Notes under the pieces: model-generated
What the model was told of the DNA's origin: nothing
Database searches by the model: none
What the model saw: the letters and a program-made list of their open reading frames with translations, nothing else
Origin: Heteronotia binoei
Lineage: Eukaryota
DNA: 64,000 nucleotides
NCBI RefSeq assembly: GCF_032191835.1
Contig: NC_083236.1
Location: 71,176,001-71,240,000 of the forward strand
Reading direction: 5' to 3'
Position numbers and translations under genes: made by a program
Shown here: in pieces, positions 51,901 to 63,841 of the stretch
Position numbering within the stretch: position 1 is the stretch's first letter
Layout: every line of letters begins with the position of its first letter

Positions 51901-54900
51901 ACTCCGTATGGAACAGCGCTGCCACGTTTTGTACCAGATGGCTCCAACTCTGGGACAGTTTCAAGGGAAGCCCTATTTAAAGCGAGTTACAGTAATCCGG
52001 CCTGGAGGTGACCATTGCATGATTACTGTGGCCAGGTCAGGGCCAGCTGGAGAAGCGCCTGCCATCCAGAGCTCCTGGTTCTCCATTTCCTGGTCAACCT
52101 AGAAGCTCATCTCGGCAGCACAGTTTCACCCAGTTCTTTGGCTCCAGTATGGGGGGGTGGCTCACCTCATGTTGCCTGCCGTGCAAACTGACCCCAGAAG
52201 TCCATGCAGTTTCTCTGCCACCTCCCTGGCCTCTGGTAGTCCTTTTGTTTCTGGTTTTCTGCTCTCAATGTATTTGAAGAAACGCCTGTCATCTCGGATG
52301 AGATAACAAAGGTCAGGAGGATGGACACGTTGATGCAGCCGCCCCAGACGGAACAGAGAGGGCTGAAGTGGGTCCGTGGCTTCCGCCCTGGGGAAGGTCA
52401 TGCCTCCAAATTCAGGTTGAAAGCCGATCCCAGTTATTTCAAATTTGTGCCCATAGCTTAAGAGGGATCATTTTCCACTTGCCAAGGAAAACGGAGGAGG
52501 CATTTCCTTTGGACAGATCTGCTCCGGAGGTAGGCCAGAGGACAGCTTGTTATGGAACTGGGGAGGGAGGGGTGGCATGGGGGGGGGAATTGCCCAGCTA
52601 GCAGGGTCCAGGGTTTCCGTAGAAGCTCAGTCTAGCCACAGGCACTATCAAGCCCTCCGCACCGCCTTTTTTGCCTCCGGGCAGCTTCCAAGGTTTCTTG
52701 CCTACCCCTCTCTTCTGATTCTGGGACGTGGCCATCTCTGTGTGAGAAATGTGCTGGTCAGGGTTGGTTTCAGAGAGGAGGCCTGCTGGTCTGCAGGAGA
52801 ACAGCCAGAGGTTTGAGTCACCTTCAAGGCCAATAAGCGTTCTAGGGGGTGTCGGCTCCCTTTGGCAGGCAGAAGTAGTTCTGGAATGAGGCATTGGGGA
52901 GGCCTTGGGAATGCCCTCGACGGGCCAGAGGGTGATTGGATGTAGCGATGGCCACAGGAATAAACAGGATGTAGCAATGGCCACAGGAATAAACAGCTTT
53001 AAAGAGGGATTAGAGAGAGGATAACTCTAGCAGTGGCTACTAGCCTTGGTGATTAAAGGGAACCTCTGCATTCAGAGTGTTAAAGCTGCAGTACTGCAGT
53101 CCTAAGCTCTGCTCACGAGCTGAGTTCGATCCCCGGCGGAAGCCGGGTTTTCAGATAGCCGGCTCGAGGTTGACTCAGTCTTCCATCCTTCCGAGGTCGG
53201 TCAAATGACTCCCCAGCTTGCTGGGGAAAAGTAGATGACTGGGGAAGGCCATTACAAACCACCCTGTGAAAAGTCTGCCGGGAAAATGTTGTGAAAGCAG
53301 CATCACGCTAGAGCCGGAAACGACTGGTGCTTGCACAGGGGACCTTTCCTTTCCTCCGCATTCAGAGGCAGCCAACCTCTGGCCCCCAGAGCCAGGAGGC
53401 AAGATCAGGGGAAGGCCTTGGCTTCTGTGCCCTGTTGCTGGCCCTGCAGAGGGGAGAGGGAGCAGAGCAGGGCCTGCTTTTTTGGAAGCGGTGAAGTGTG
53501 TGCCCTTCCCAGGGCCTCTGCTGCCAGCCTCTGGCCTTGGGAAGTCACTTCTGTGTTCTCTCTGCCATGTCTGGCTTGAGGGCTCCATCAAGCCACATTC
53601 AGGGCACTGTGAAAATGCTGCATATCCTGTACTTCAGGGTAGCCTTTGTGATGCTGCTGCTGCCCCTCCTTGGGCTTCCGGCAGTGATGTGCGTGGTGCG
53701 AGCTATCTTCTGGAATGGGGAAGGACGGCTGCCTCTCTGCGGGAGTCTTGCCTGCAGCTCTGTAAACCACCAGACTCTCTCCTCCAGCGGAGGCCTGGCA
53801 ACCTCCTTCTGTGGGCAAGCCCTTTGCTGGTGCCTGCAGCCCCAGGGAGATTGGCAGGTGCAGTGTTCAAGGGCACTGAGGAGGTCGGGGTGCGGAAGGG
53901 GTCCGTGCCTTGGCAGGGCAGCTCCCGCCTCCCTGGGGTCTTGGTGCCATCACGGCTGAGGGGTGCCTGGCACCATTTGCCTTCCTAGGAGCCAGGTACG
54001 TACAGGGCCAGGCAAGCTGGAGGAGTGGGGCCTGGGGTGTGGACTTCCGGCTCTGAGTACGAATGTTCCCCAGCTCCTGCAAAAGAGGAGAAATCCCAGT
54101 GTGGACAGTGCTGCGAATCCTGCAACACTGCAGTGTCAGGGAGAACTAGCGGCTTCTGGATTCCCAGGCCTTGAGGCTGCTGGGCAGACTGGGGAAGTGG
54201 GGTTGGAATTGTTCCCTCCCTTCCATCCACAGTGGCTACACCTTGGCTTGGAGGCTGGAAGAGGGCTCAGCCAGCTTGCTAGAGTGCCCTTCTGGGCCTG
54301 TTCCCGAGGAGGTGCTGCAGTCGTGGCTGCCCAGCTGTCTTGGGAAGGCCTGTTGTGGCTCAGTGGAAGAGGCTCTGCTTGGCCTGCAGGATGTTGCAAC
54401 GGACCAGGCGGTGGGTGATGGGAAAGGCCTCTGCCTTAGACCCTGGAGAGCTGCGGCCAATCAGAGCATGGACTGTGGCTCAGTGGCAGAGCCTCTGCTT
54501 GGCATGCAGAAGTTCCCAGTTCAATCTTAGTCACCTCCCGTTCAGGGGACCAGGTAGAAGGAAATGGGAAAGACCCTTGTGTGCCTAAAACCCTGGAGAG
54601 CGGCTGCTGGTCTTGAGTATGCAAGATTGAGCAAGGCGGGTCGGAATCAGTCTAAGGCAACTTCATGTGGTCCTGCCAAGCTTGAAATTCTGGCTGGGCT
54701 GTCTTGGGGAGGGGCTGCCTGCCTTGTGGGGGGGAATCCCCCCAGAGAAAAGCCAGTGCCCTCCTTGCAAGGCCTATGGAGGTGAAAGGCCTCCTGGGAG
54801 AGATTCTGTAGGGCTCTCTGCCAGGGCTGGCACCCAGCTGCCACCGCCCTCGCCTCAGGGAGAGGAGGTCCTCATTCTGTCCCCCCATGGCCCAGGCCGG

Positions 54901-57900
54901 GCGGGCGTGGGGATGCCTCCCTCCCTGCCAGCCCCTTTCCTTTCCTCCTCCTCCTCCTCTCTCCCTGCAGCTGGCCTTGGAGCGGGAAAGGCCGGAGAGG
55001 GTGAGGCTCCAGCTGGCCCCAAACCAGCCGGTCCTGTCCTATCCTGTCCCTTCCCTTCCCCTCTGTGGTGTTTTCAGCGGGGGAAGAGTTCTCTTTCCTG
55101 TGAAGCATCCAGTTCCAGCGGAGAGGCCTTTTTCCTGTGGAATAAACCTGTTGGCCAGGAGACAAACAGAAAAGGACACGAGCAGCTCTGGCTCAACGGG
55201 CCCGGGCTGAGTTTCAGCAGCTGGCAGGGAAGGGGGGGATTTGCAGCAGAACAGTTAGAGTTGGGCCTTGGAGAGCCACAGAACTTTCAGGGCTTGAGCT
55301 TCCGAGTGTCTGTGGAGAAGCTCTGTGCTCTTGCCCCCCCCCCCCCGGGTCCCCCCTGCTTTGTGCTGAAGCAGGGCTGCCCGGTCCAAGTCAAAAAATA
55401 TCTGGGGGGGTTGGGGGTGGAGCCAGGAGCAAGGTCGGGACAAGCAGAACTGAACTCCAAAGGGAGTTCTGGTCGTCACATTGAAAGGGACCGCACACCT
55501 TTTAAATGCCTTCCCTCCATTTGGAAATAATGAAGGATGGGGCACCTTCTTTTGAGGCTCATAGAATTGGACCCTCTGGTCCAATCTTATTGAAGCTTGG
55601 AATATGTTTTGGGGAGAAGCACTGGATGCCATGCTGCAAATTTGGTTCCTCTACCTAAAAAAGCAGCCCCTCCAGAACCCCAGATACCCATGGATTAATT
55701 CTCCATTATACCCTATGGCAATTGGTCTCAGTAAGGAATAATGGAGTGCCCAGCAGGCATTTCCACCCCCACCCCCGCTTTCTGATGACCCTGAAGCAGG
55801 GGGAGGGCCTCCAGTCGGGGAATCCCCTGCCCCCACCTGGGGATTGGCAACCACATGCTGAAGGTGTCGTTGACCACAGCAGTGCCCCCTCAGCTTATGG
55901 TTTCCTCTGTGGCGTCTTCTGGCTGCTGGGCCTTTGGGGGCCTTTACGATGTTGGGGAATCTTTATTTTTATTTTAATTTTAGTATATTGCATTTATATC
56001 CCGCCCTCCCCTGGTGGGCCGGAGCGGAATCTGCCTAATTATTGCTGATGCAGGGACTGCCCCCCCATGCACCCCAACGCCTGTCTCCTCCTTTCCTAGT
56101 GAAATACATGCAGGAGGCGACCCCCTACATCAAGAAGCTGTCCCTCGTCTCGGACCTGCCGTGGGAGGGGTCGGCTCCCCAGTCGCCCAGCCTCAGCAGC
56201 AGCGAGGATTCCGGCTCCCCCAAACACGGCAGCCCCGCCAAGGACCGCAGAGTCATCCCCTTGAAAATGTGCTACGCTGCGCGCAACCTGAGCATGCCCG
56301 ATCTGGAGGGCAGGTGAGCCAGAACTCAGGGGGAAGAGGGGGGGGGGGTGCAGCTTGCTGAGGACTAGCAGCGTGGCCACCCTGCCAACTGGGACAAGGA
56401 AGGGTCTGGGGAAAGAAATCCAACCCCCTGCAGTTCAGCCTGGCAGCCTCGTTGTGTCTTGTCCAGGCAAAGACAAGCCCTTTGCATTGGCGAGGATTAT
56501 GTCGCTTGGGGGCACAGTCTAGGTTGGGAGGGGGGATAGGAGCGGGGGGGGGAGGGCTGTGGGAGTTGCATGGCCAGAGCTGGATTAACAGTTAGTTAAC
56601 ACAAGTAGGCACTGGCCTGTGGGCCCCCAGGCCTTTAAGGACCCCAGGCCAGCTCCCCCCCCCCAAGTGTCCCCCCTGCTTGCAGCCCTCCCAGCCACTG
56701 AGCCGCTCTTTGCCTGACTTGCCTGGTGCGGCTGCTGCTGGCGCTGTTGCCAAGTTTGCCTCGCTCTGCCTCTCCCCCGCAGCTTTTGAGAAGGGGCCTG
56801 CAGGCTGCAGCGGGGGCCTTGGGTGGTGAGGTGGGGGCTCAGTCTCTGAAATAATTTGCGAGGGGCCCCCCAAGATTTTGACTGCCTAGAGGCCTCCAAG
56901 GGTTTAATCCGGCACTGTGTGTGGCCAGAGAACTTGGGTGGCGGAAACTTCTCCTCTCAGGCCCATAGTGGGGAGGACAGCTGTGCCCCGGGCTAGGCAG
57001 ACTGTAGAGGACGCAGGGAAGAGGGCTCTGTGGTCAGCCCTGAAGGCAGCTGAAGAGCTCCAGGCCTTACCGGAAGTCAGCTGAGGGGGAAGCAAGGGGG
57101 TCCTGAGGAGCTTCCAAGACCCAGACTGTGGGTCCTGCTCTGCTGGGGTTGTTGTTCAAAGGGGAATAGGACCTCCATTGCTGAAGGCAGCGTGCCTCCG
57201 ATGGCCAGGTATCCCGGGGGAATGCCACTCTTGTGTTACATCTCCAGCTTTTAGATCCAAGCGGGCAGCCGTGTTGGTCTGAAGCAGTAGAACCAAGTAA
57301 GAGACAAGTGGCACCTTGAAGACCAACAGAGTTTTCTTCAGAATGTATTTATTTATTTTACATTATATTTATATCCCGCCTATTCTATGCAGACTCAAGG
57401 CGGCTAACAACATAAAATACAGAACAAACAGTGCAGATGACTGGGGAAGGTAGATCCAAGTGGGCAGCCGTGTTGCTCTGAAGCAGTAGAACCAAGTAGG
57501 AGTCAAGATGCACTTTTAAGACCAACAAAGTTTTATTCAGAACGCAAGCTTTCGTGTGCTCTAAGCACACTTCATCAGATGAGGAATCAGGTTCAATGAG
57601 CAGAGCTACATATAGCTGGTAGGCAGTGGTTTAGAATGCAAAAAGGTACACATTTAAGATCCAATGGCAGAATAGTAAAATTAACAAATTGAGCAAACCT
57701 TTGATCCGGGTAGCATGAGCATGAGAAACTAATAAAACAGTAACATGTCAAAATGTGAGGATGTCTGCTAATCACTCTATTGTATAAGCCTGGGCCAAAG
57801 TGAGGGCATTTCTTTCTCAGGAGTTCTTCCCATCCAACTAATTTACCTTTTAACATGTAACCTTTGAACAGGGGGCACCTGGGTTAAATGTTACCTTTTA

Positions 57901-60900
57901 ACATTTAACCCAGCCAACGCCATGCTGGGAATTATTAGGAAGGGAATTGAAAACAAATCAGCCAGTATCATAATGCCCCTGTATAAATCGATGGTGCGGC
58001 CTCATTTGGAGTACTGTGTGCAATTCTGGTCACCACACCTCAAAAAGGATATTATAGCATTGGAAAAAGTGCAGAAAAGGGCAACTAGAATGATTAAAGG
58101 GTTGGAACACTTTCCGTATGAAGAAAGGTTAAAACACTTGGGCTCTTTAGCTTGGAGAAATGTCAACTGCGGGGTGACATGATAGAGGTTTACAAGATAA
58201 TGCATGGGATGGAGAAAATAGAGAAAGAAGTCCTTTTCTCCCTTTCTCACAATACAAGAACTCGTGGGCATTCAATGAAATTGCTGAGCAGTTGGGTTAG
58301 AATGCATAAAAGGAAGTACTTCTTCACCCAAAGGGTGATTAGCATGTGGAATTCACTGCCACAGGACGTGGTGGCGGCTACAAGAGGGGTTTGGATAAAA
58401 ATGGAGCAGAGGTCCATCAGTGGCTATTAGTCACAGCATATTATTGGAACTGTCTGGGGCAGTGATGCTCTGTATTCTTGGTGCTGGGGGGGGGCAAAGT
58501 GGAAGGGCTTCTAGCCCCACTTATGAACCTCCTTTTTTTTGGCCACTGTGTGACACAGAGTGTTGGACTGGATAGGCCATTGGCCTGATCCAACATGGCT
58601 TCTCTTATGTTCTTATGTAACATACATATAGTTTGCCATTAGAAGAAAAATACATTAAAATATAGCGGAAGATGGGTTTAGTGTATCTAATGAGATAATT
58701 ATATTACTAGCCTGTCATTGGATTTTAAATTTGTATTATTTTGCATTCTAAACCAGTGCCTACCAGCTGTGTGCAGCTCTGCTCACTGTACCTGATTCCT
58801 CGCCTGAAGAAGTGTGCATGCACACGCAAAAACTGACATTCTGAATAAAACTTTGTTGGTCTTAAAGGTGCAATTGGACTCCATTTCCGGCGGCTTTTGC
58901 AAGGGCATCTCGGAGGAGGGCAGCGGCCCAGAGAGGTCCTCACCCAGGCTGCCGGCAGCTCGTGGCCAGCAGCCCCCCTTTGGGAGTTCGGCCTGTGCTT
59001 GCTTGCTTTGGGCGTGCCCAGGATGTGAGCCTCATCCGCCGCTGGCAGCTTTCCTTCCACGAGGAGGAGATGCAGTTTGGCCCCCAGCCAGCCCTGGACA
59101 AGCTGCAGAGAGAGGAAGCACCGATTCCCCCTCTGGGTGTCGAGTTTCAGCGGCTGAAGGAGAGGGGGGAGCAGCAGGCTCTGCGGGCCCCGGAAGAGCG
59201 AGGGGGCAGGCTGACCTCGGAGCTTCGTGCAGAGCAGTATCTGGGCCAAGGAAAGGGGGCTCTGCCCGGTGAGGTCCCCCCCCCCCCGCCTGAACCACAA
59301 CCGCAGACTCAGCTCCCTCCTCTCTTGCCTTGGCTGGGCAGGGCCCCACGGCTGGGGGCTGTAGCTCAGTGCAGCCTGGCCGAGACTCAAGGGATGATCT
59401 TGGCTGTGGTTTGGATTGCAGGGGCAGGACTGGCTGGCAGCATTGCACAGCCAAGGTACAGGAGCAGGGGTGAAGCCCCTGAGGCTGGCTGAGCTTCTGC
59501 TTGGCATAACCCAGGCAGGGGGAGGGGGAAGGCCCAGCCCCTGAGCTGTTGCCTGGCACGTTCAGTGGGGAGCTGCTTGGTGCATTCCTTCCGCTTGTTC
59601 AGGCGCCCAGTGCTCACGAAGCAGGAAGAGGGTGCTGGCGGATGACCAGAGAGGGCAGGGCTTGCCTTGCTGGGCTCGGCTTGAACCGGGCAGCACATGA
59701 GTCCTACTCTGTAGGTCCCAGCTGGAGCCGTGGTGTCTCCAAGCATTGCTTTCCAGGTGGCTTCTCCCCTCTGTGGCTTGGTCAGGACTGTTGGGCAGCC
59801 ACGAGGCTCTCTGTCCTGCCTGAGGGGGCACAGCTTCTGGCAGTGACTTGCTGCACAGGGGTGGAGGTTTCGGCACCCTCCCAGGGCGGCTGCTCCAATC
59901 TCCGGTTCGTGGTCTCACTGCACATGCTCAGTGGCAGCCAAATCGTGGTGGTCGCTAGTGACCCTTTCAGGGGGTAGCAGCCCAGCGATGTGGCGAAGAT
60001 GCAGGGCTTTCTTTAAAATTCCTTTGCATATTAGGCCACACCCCCTTATGTAGCCAATCCTCCTGGAGCTTTCAGGGCTCTTTGTACAGGGCCTACTGGA
60101 AACTCCAGGAGGATTGGCTACATCTAGGGTTGCCAATCCCCAGGTGGGGGTAGGAGATCCCCCAGTTTGGAGTCCCTTCCCCCCGCTTCAGGGTCATCAG
60201 AAGCGGGGGGGAAGGGAAATGTCTGCTGGGCACTCCGCTATATACAATGGAGATCGATTCCCTTAGGGTTTAATGGAGAATTGATCCATGGGTATCTGGG
60301 GCACTAAAGGGACTGTTTTTTCTGAGGTAGAGGAACCAAATTTGCAGCGTAGCACCCAGTGCCTCCCCCCAGAATACTCACCACTTTTCAAAAGGATTGG
60401 ACCAGGGGGTCCAATTCTGTGAGCCCCCAAAGAAGGTGCTCCTGTCCTTCATTATTTCCATTTAAAAGGTGCGCGGTCCCTTTAAATGTGATGGCCAGAA
60501 CTCCCTTTGGAGTCCAATTGTGCTTCTCACACCCTGGCTCCACCCCCAAAGTCCCCAAATATTTCTGAAGTCAGACCTGGCAACCCTAGCTACAACAGGG
60601 GTGTGTGGCCTAATATGCAAAGGAGTTCCTGCTACCCCCCCCCCCCAAAAAAAAAAGCCCTGTGAAGATGCATCCCACTGGGTTGGGAGCTGAGGCCCGG
60701 CTGCTGACTCCTCCGGCCCTGTCGGCTTGCCTCATGAAGCATCCCCGTCCTCCCGAGAGCGACAACCAGGCTCCAGGGTGCCGCGTCCTGCTGCCTGTGG
60801 CTTGATCCTCTGTGCTGGCCAGCCTCTCCGGCCCCCGTCTGAGCGCAGCGCCCTCTGCCCTTCCTTCCCTGCAGGTTGATAGAGCTGCATTCCCCTGACA

Positions 60901-63841
60901 GCAGGAACACTCTGATCCTCCGCTGCAAGGACTCGGCCACGGCACATTCCTGGTTCTTGGCCCTCCACACCAACATCATGGCTCTCCTCCCACAGGTCCT
61001 GGCCGAGCTCAACGCCATGCTGGCTGCTGGCAACACTCCGGGGAGCGGCAGGGAGGTCAAACACGTGGCGTGGCTAGCCGAGCAGGTAGGCAGGGGTGGG
61101 GGGCCCAGGCTGGCCTGGGGGGAGCCGCTGGAGGCAGAAGTGCTGTTTGGAAGGCCTGTCGCTGACTTGGTGTAGTGGTGAAGTGCGCGGTCTCTTATCT
61201 GGGAGAACGGGTTTGATTCCCCTCTCTTCCTCCACTTGCACCTGCTGGAATGGCCTTGGGTCAGCCAGAGCTCTTGCAAGAGATGTCCTTGAAAGGGCAG
61301 CTGTAAGAGCTCTCTCAGCCCCACCTACCTCACAGGATGTCTGTTTTGGGGGAGGAAGATAGTGATTGTGAGCCACTCTGAGATTCAGAGTGAAGGGTGG
61401 GGTATAAATCCAATATCTTCTTCTTCTCCTCCCCTCTCTCGCACAATCCAGTCTCCTCCTCCTGCTCCTCTTCTTCTTCTTCTTCACTGCTGTTTCCTGG
61501 AATAGGCATCTGGGGTGGGGGGGCTCAGTGGCAGCATCTCTGTTTGAAACTCAAAATCCCAGGTTCAGTCCCGGCAGCATCTCCGGTTGAAAGGGCCAGA
61601 TAGCAGGTGGAGGAGAGGGGCTGCCAGGCTGGGTAGAGCAGGCTGACCCTGTTGGGCCGAGGAGGGTCTGCTTCAGTAGGAAGCAGCGTCCTGTGTGCTT
61701 CTTGGTGACCAGTGGGAGCTTGCGGCCATTTGGGGGAGAGCGGAGCCTGGGGGGAGATGTGTGGCTCCTCCAGGGCTGCCTTTGCTGTGTGCGCTCGGCC
61801 TGAAGTCCTGAGCTGGCCTTCCTTGCAGGCCTGTCTTCCTCATCCTCTCAAGCGCTCCCAGTCGCAGCCCAGGACGCCTCTCCTGCTTGCTGCCAGCCCA
61901 CAGCGGAGCGGCTGCCCAGGCATCCCTTGGGTTGCAGAAGGAGGCGGGTTGTTCTCTGTTTGCATTTGCAAAATGACGATGATAATCAGGAACACACAGG
62001 AGCACAGTTCCTGCTGGCTTGGTGTCAAGGGGTGTGGCCTAATATGCAAATAAGTTCCTGTTGGGCTTTTCCTACAGAAAGCCCTGTGTGAAACAATGGT
62101 GATGTCAGGGGTGTGTGGCCTAATATGCAAATGAGTTCCTGCTGGGCTTTTTCTGCAAAAAAAAGCCCTGATGATGATACTGGATTTATATCCCTTTCTC
62201 CTCTCTGAATCTCTGAGTCTCAGAGCAGCTCACAATCTCCTCTCCCTTCGTCCCCCACAACAGACACCCTGTGAGGTGGGTGGGGCTGAGAGGACTCTCA
62301 CAGCAGCTGCCCTTTCAAGGACAATTTCTGCCAGAGCTCTGGCTGACCCAAGGCCATTCCAGCAGGTGCAAGTGGAGGAGTGGGGAATCAAGCCCGGTTT
62401 CTCCCAGATAAGAGTCCACACACTTAACCACTACACCAAACGGGCTCTCTATGGTCCACTATGAAGGCAAAGAGTCTTTTTCAGGGCTTTATTTGTAGAA
62501 AAAGCCCGGCAGGAACCTTTTTGCTTATTAGGCCACACCCCCTGACATCACCATTGTTTCACGCAGGGCTTTTTGTAGGAAAAGCCCAACAGGAACTTAT
62601 TTGCATATCAGGCCACCCGCTCTGACACCAAGCCAGCTGGAACTGCGTTCCTGCTCAAAAAAGGGCCTGGTCTTTTTCAGGTGCTTCAGGCAGGATTCTT
62701 CCAATCTGCGCTGGGTTTTTCATTCCGCGAAGGTGGGGGAGAGGCTCCATCCCTTCCCTTTTTGGCCGGGGCTGACTCTTCAGAGCTCTGTGGAAGAGCC
62801 GAAGAGGCAGAGACATGCAGCCAGGGCCGAGATTCAGGGGATGATCTTGGCTGTGGTTTGGGTTGCAGGGGTTCCCCTGTGGGGGCCGTGCATTTTTCAG
62901 AGCAGAAGTCATACTTGGTCGTGAGGTGGAGCAGCGGGGGGGGGGGGGGGGTGTGTTCTGAGGAGAGAAGCCAACTGACTCGGCTGGCTTTTCATACAGC
63001 AAATGCGGAGCTTCTAGGGCAGGATGCAAGAAGCCCTTGATGCCCCCTCCTGGGGAGAGGAGGTACTGCAGAGAGCACCCCTGGCAAAACCCATTCCCCA
63101 CTGGTTCCACGGAGCCAGTTTGGTGCAGTGGTTAAGTGTGCAGACTCTTATCTGAGAGAACTGGGTTTGATTCCCCCACTCCCCCACTTGCAGCTGCTGG
63201 CATGGCCTTGGGTCAGCCGTAGCTCCCGTAGGAGTTATCCTTGAAAGGGCAGTTGCTGTGAGAGCCCTCTCAGCCCCACCTACTCACAGGGTGTCTGTAG
63301 TGGGGGGGAGGTACAGGAGATTGTGACTGCTCTGAGATTCAGAGTATAGGGTGGGATATAAATCCAGTATCTTCTTCTTTTTCTTGATATGTTCGGGCTG
63401 TGTTTTCACACCGGCAGCTTCAGCTGCGTTCCATTCTTTGCAGACGGGCCCTCAGTGTTTGGGTCGTTGCTGAGCTGTTCTTATTGCTCCGCATCTCCCC
63501 TGTGTTGAGCAGGCAGGCCCAGCGGTATCCTGTTGCCAGGCTTTGGGGAAGGTCACAGAGCAGAGCAGGAACTAGGTGACTCCTGAGGTTGGCCATCTCC
63601 CCCCACCCCAGTTCTTTCCAGGCTGCTCGTTGCTTCTGGAGGCAGCGCCCCCCCCCAACACACACACACCTTTCTGTTTTCCCCTTGGCTCCTGGTAGGC
63701 CCGGCTGGACGGAGGGAGGCAGCTGTGGCAGCCGGTTCTCGTGGCCGTGACAGAGAAGGACCTGCTGATGTACGACTGCATGCCATGGACCAGGGAGGCC
63801 TGGGCAGCTCCCTGCCACAACTACCCGCTGCTTGCCACCAG
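42419..63841 (+). CDS. SNTB2: Beta-2 syntrophin, first four coding exons (continues beyond window): join(42419..42860,56100..56313,60875..61085,63699..63841)
   Basis: Split PH domain plus PDZ ([38 protein letters not shown]), [42 protein letters not shown]; phases consistent; synteny after UTP4. Confidence 0.95.
44206..44865 (+). mobile_element. CR1 family A 3' fragment (ORF2 end, UTR, duplicated UTR)
   Basis: ORF 44212-44580 with [21 protein letters not shown]. Confidence 0.9.
44866..45775 (+). repeat. Tandem array (about 14 units) of the CR1 3' terminus
   Basis: Same 67/59-bp unit as the other two arrays. Confidence 0.95.
47376..47680. mobile_element. Inverted pair of Penelope-like pseudo-LTR fragments
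   Basis: Arms 47465-47538 and 47563-47635 are near-perfect reverse complements; ctgatgaag...cgaaagctta...aataaaac...ggtgcaattgactcc signature. Confidence 0.75.
47465..47515 (-). ncRNA. Minimal type I hammerhead ribozyme motif (Penelope-associated)
   Basis: Minus strand: CUGAUGA-A-GUGUGCU(UAAG)AGCACAC-GAAA-GCUU-ACG; palindromic stem III; stem I cgu/acg. Confidence 0.65.
50100..50760 (+). mobile_element. L2-clade LINE ORF2 3' fragment
   Basis: LDYCN..YVGLPLK...[12 protein letters not shown]. Confidence 0.7.
51380..52160 (-). mobile_element. L2-clade LINE ORF2 3' fragment
   Basis: LVQNVAA...[11 protein letters not shown]...FKVL. Confidence 0.68.
53085..53352 (+). mobile_element. tRNA-derived SINE with RTE/BovB-type tail (Squam2-like)
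   Basis: B box gagttcgatcc, ggttgactcag.cttccatccttccgaggtcgg core, acctttcctttcc tail. Confidence 0.7.
56100..56313 (+). CDS. SNTB2: SNTB2 coding exon 2
   Basis: [12 protein letters not shown]...[12 protein letters not shown]. Confidence 0.95.
57452..57900 (-). mobile_element. Penelope-like pseudo-LTR fragment with hammerhead motif (57545-57585)
   Basis: Minus strand: ctgatgaagtgtgcttagagcacacgaaagcttgcg; partial sister copy at about 57250-57345. Confidence 0.72.
57912..58620 (+). mobile_element. CR1 family A 3' fragment
   Basis: ORFs 57922-58182 and 58152-58430 (frameshifted ORF2), UTR, single tail. Confidence 0.9.
58621..58885 (+). mobile_element. Penelope-like pseudo-LTR fragment with degenerate hammerhead
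   Basis: Reverse complement of part of 57452-57900; ctgaagaagtgtgcatgcacacgcaaaa. Confidence 0.68.
60002..60662. mobile_element. Nested MITEs: inner hAT-like element 60125-60588 inside an outer cagggcttt...aaagccctg element
   Basis: Inner TIRs tagggttgcca/tggcaacccta; 8-bp TSD gctacatc/gctacaac. Confidence 0.78.
60875..61085 (+). CDS. SNTB2: SNTB2 coding exon 3
   Basis: [19 protein letters not shown]...[11 protein letters not shown]. Confidence 0.95.
61165..61427 (+). mobile_element. Squam3-like SINE
   Basis: Head, B box, core and (ttc)n tail. Confidence 0.87.
62171..62445 (-). mobile_element. Squam3-like SINE flanked by MITE fragments (62020-62170, 62470-62670)
   Basis: Reverse complement of a full SINE. 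Confidence 0.88.
63114..63385 (+). mobile_element. Squam3-like SINE
   Basis: gccagtttggtgcagtggttaag head to (ttc)n tail. Confidence 0.88.
63699..63841 (+). CDS. SNTB2: SNTB2 coding exon 4
   Basis: [30 protein letters not shown]...YPLLATR. Confidence 0.95.

Noticed and set aside
53175-55632. ORFs of 240 and 287 aa in SNTB2 intron 1
   Set aside because: They run through SINE and MITE sequence and have no recognisable domain.
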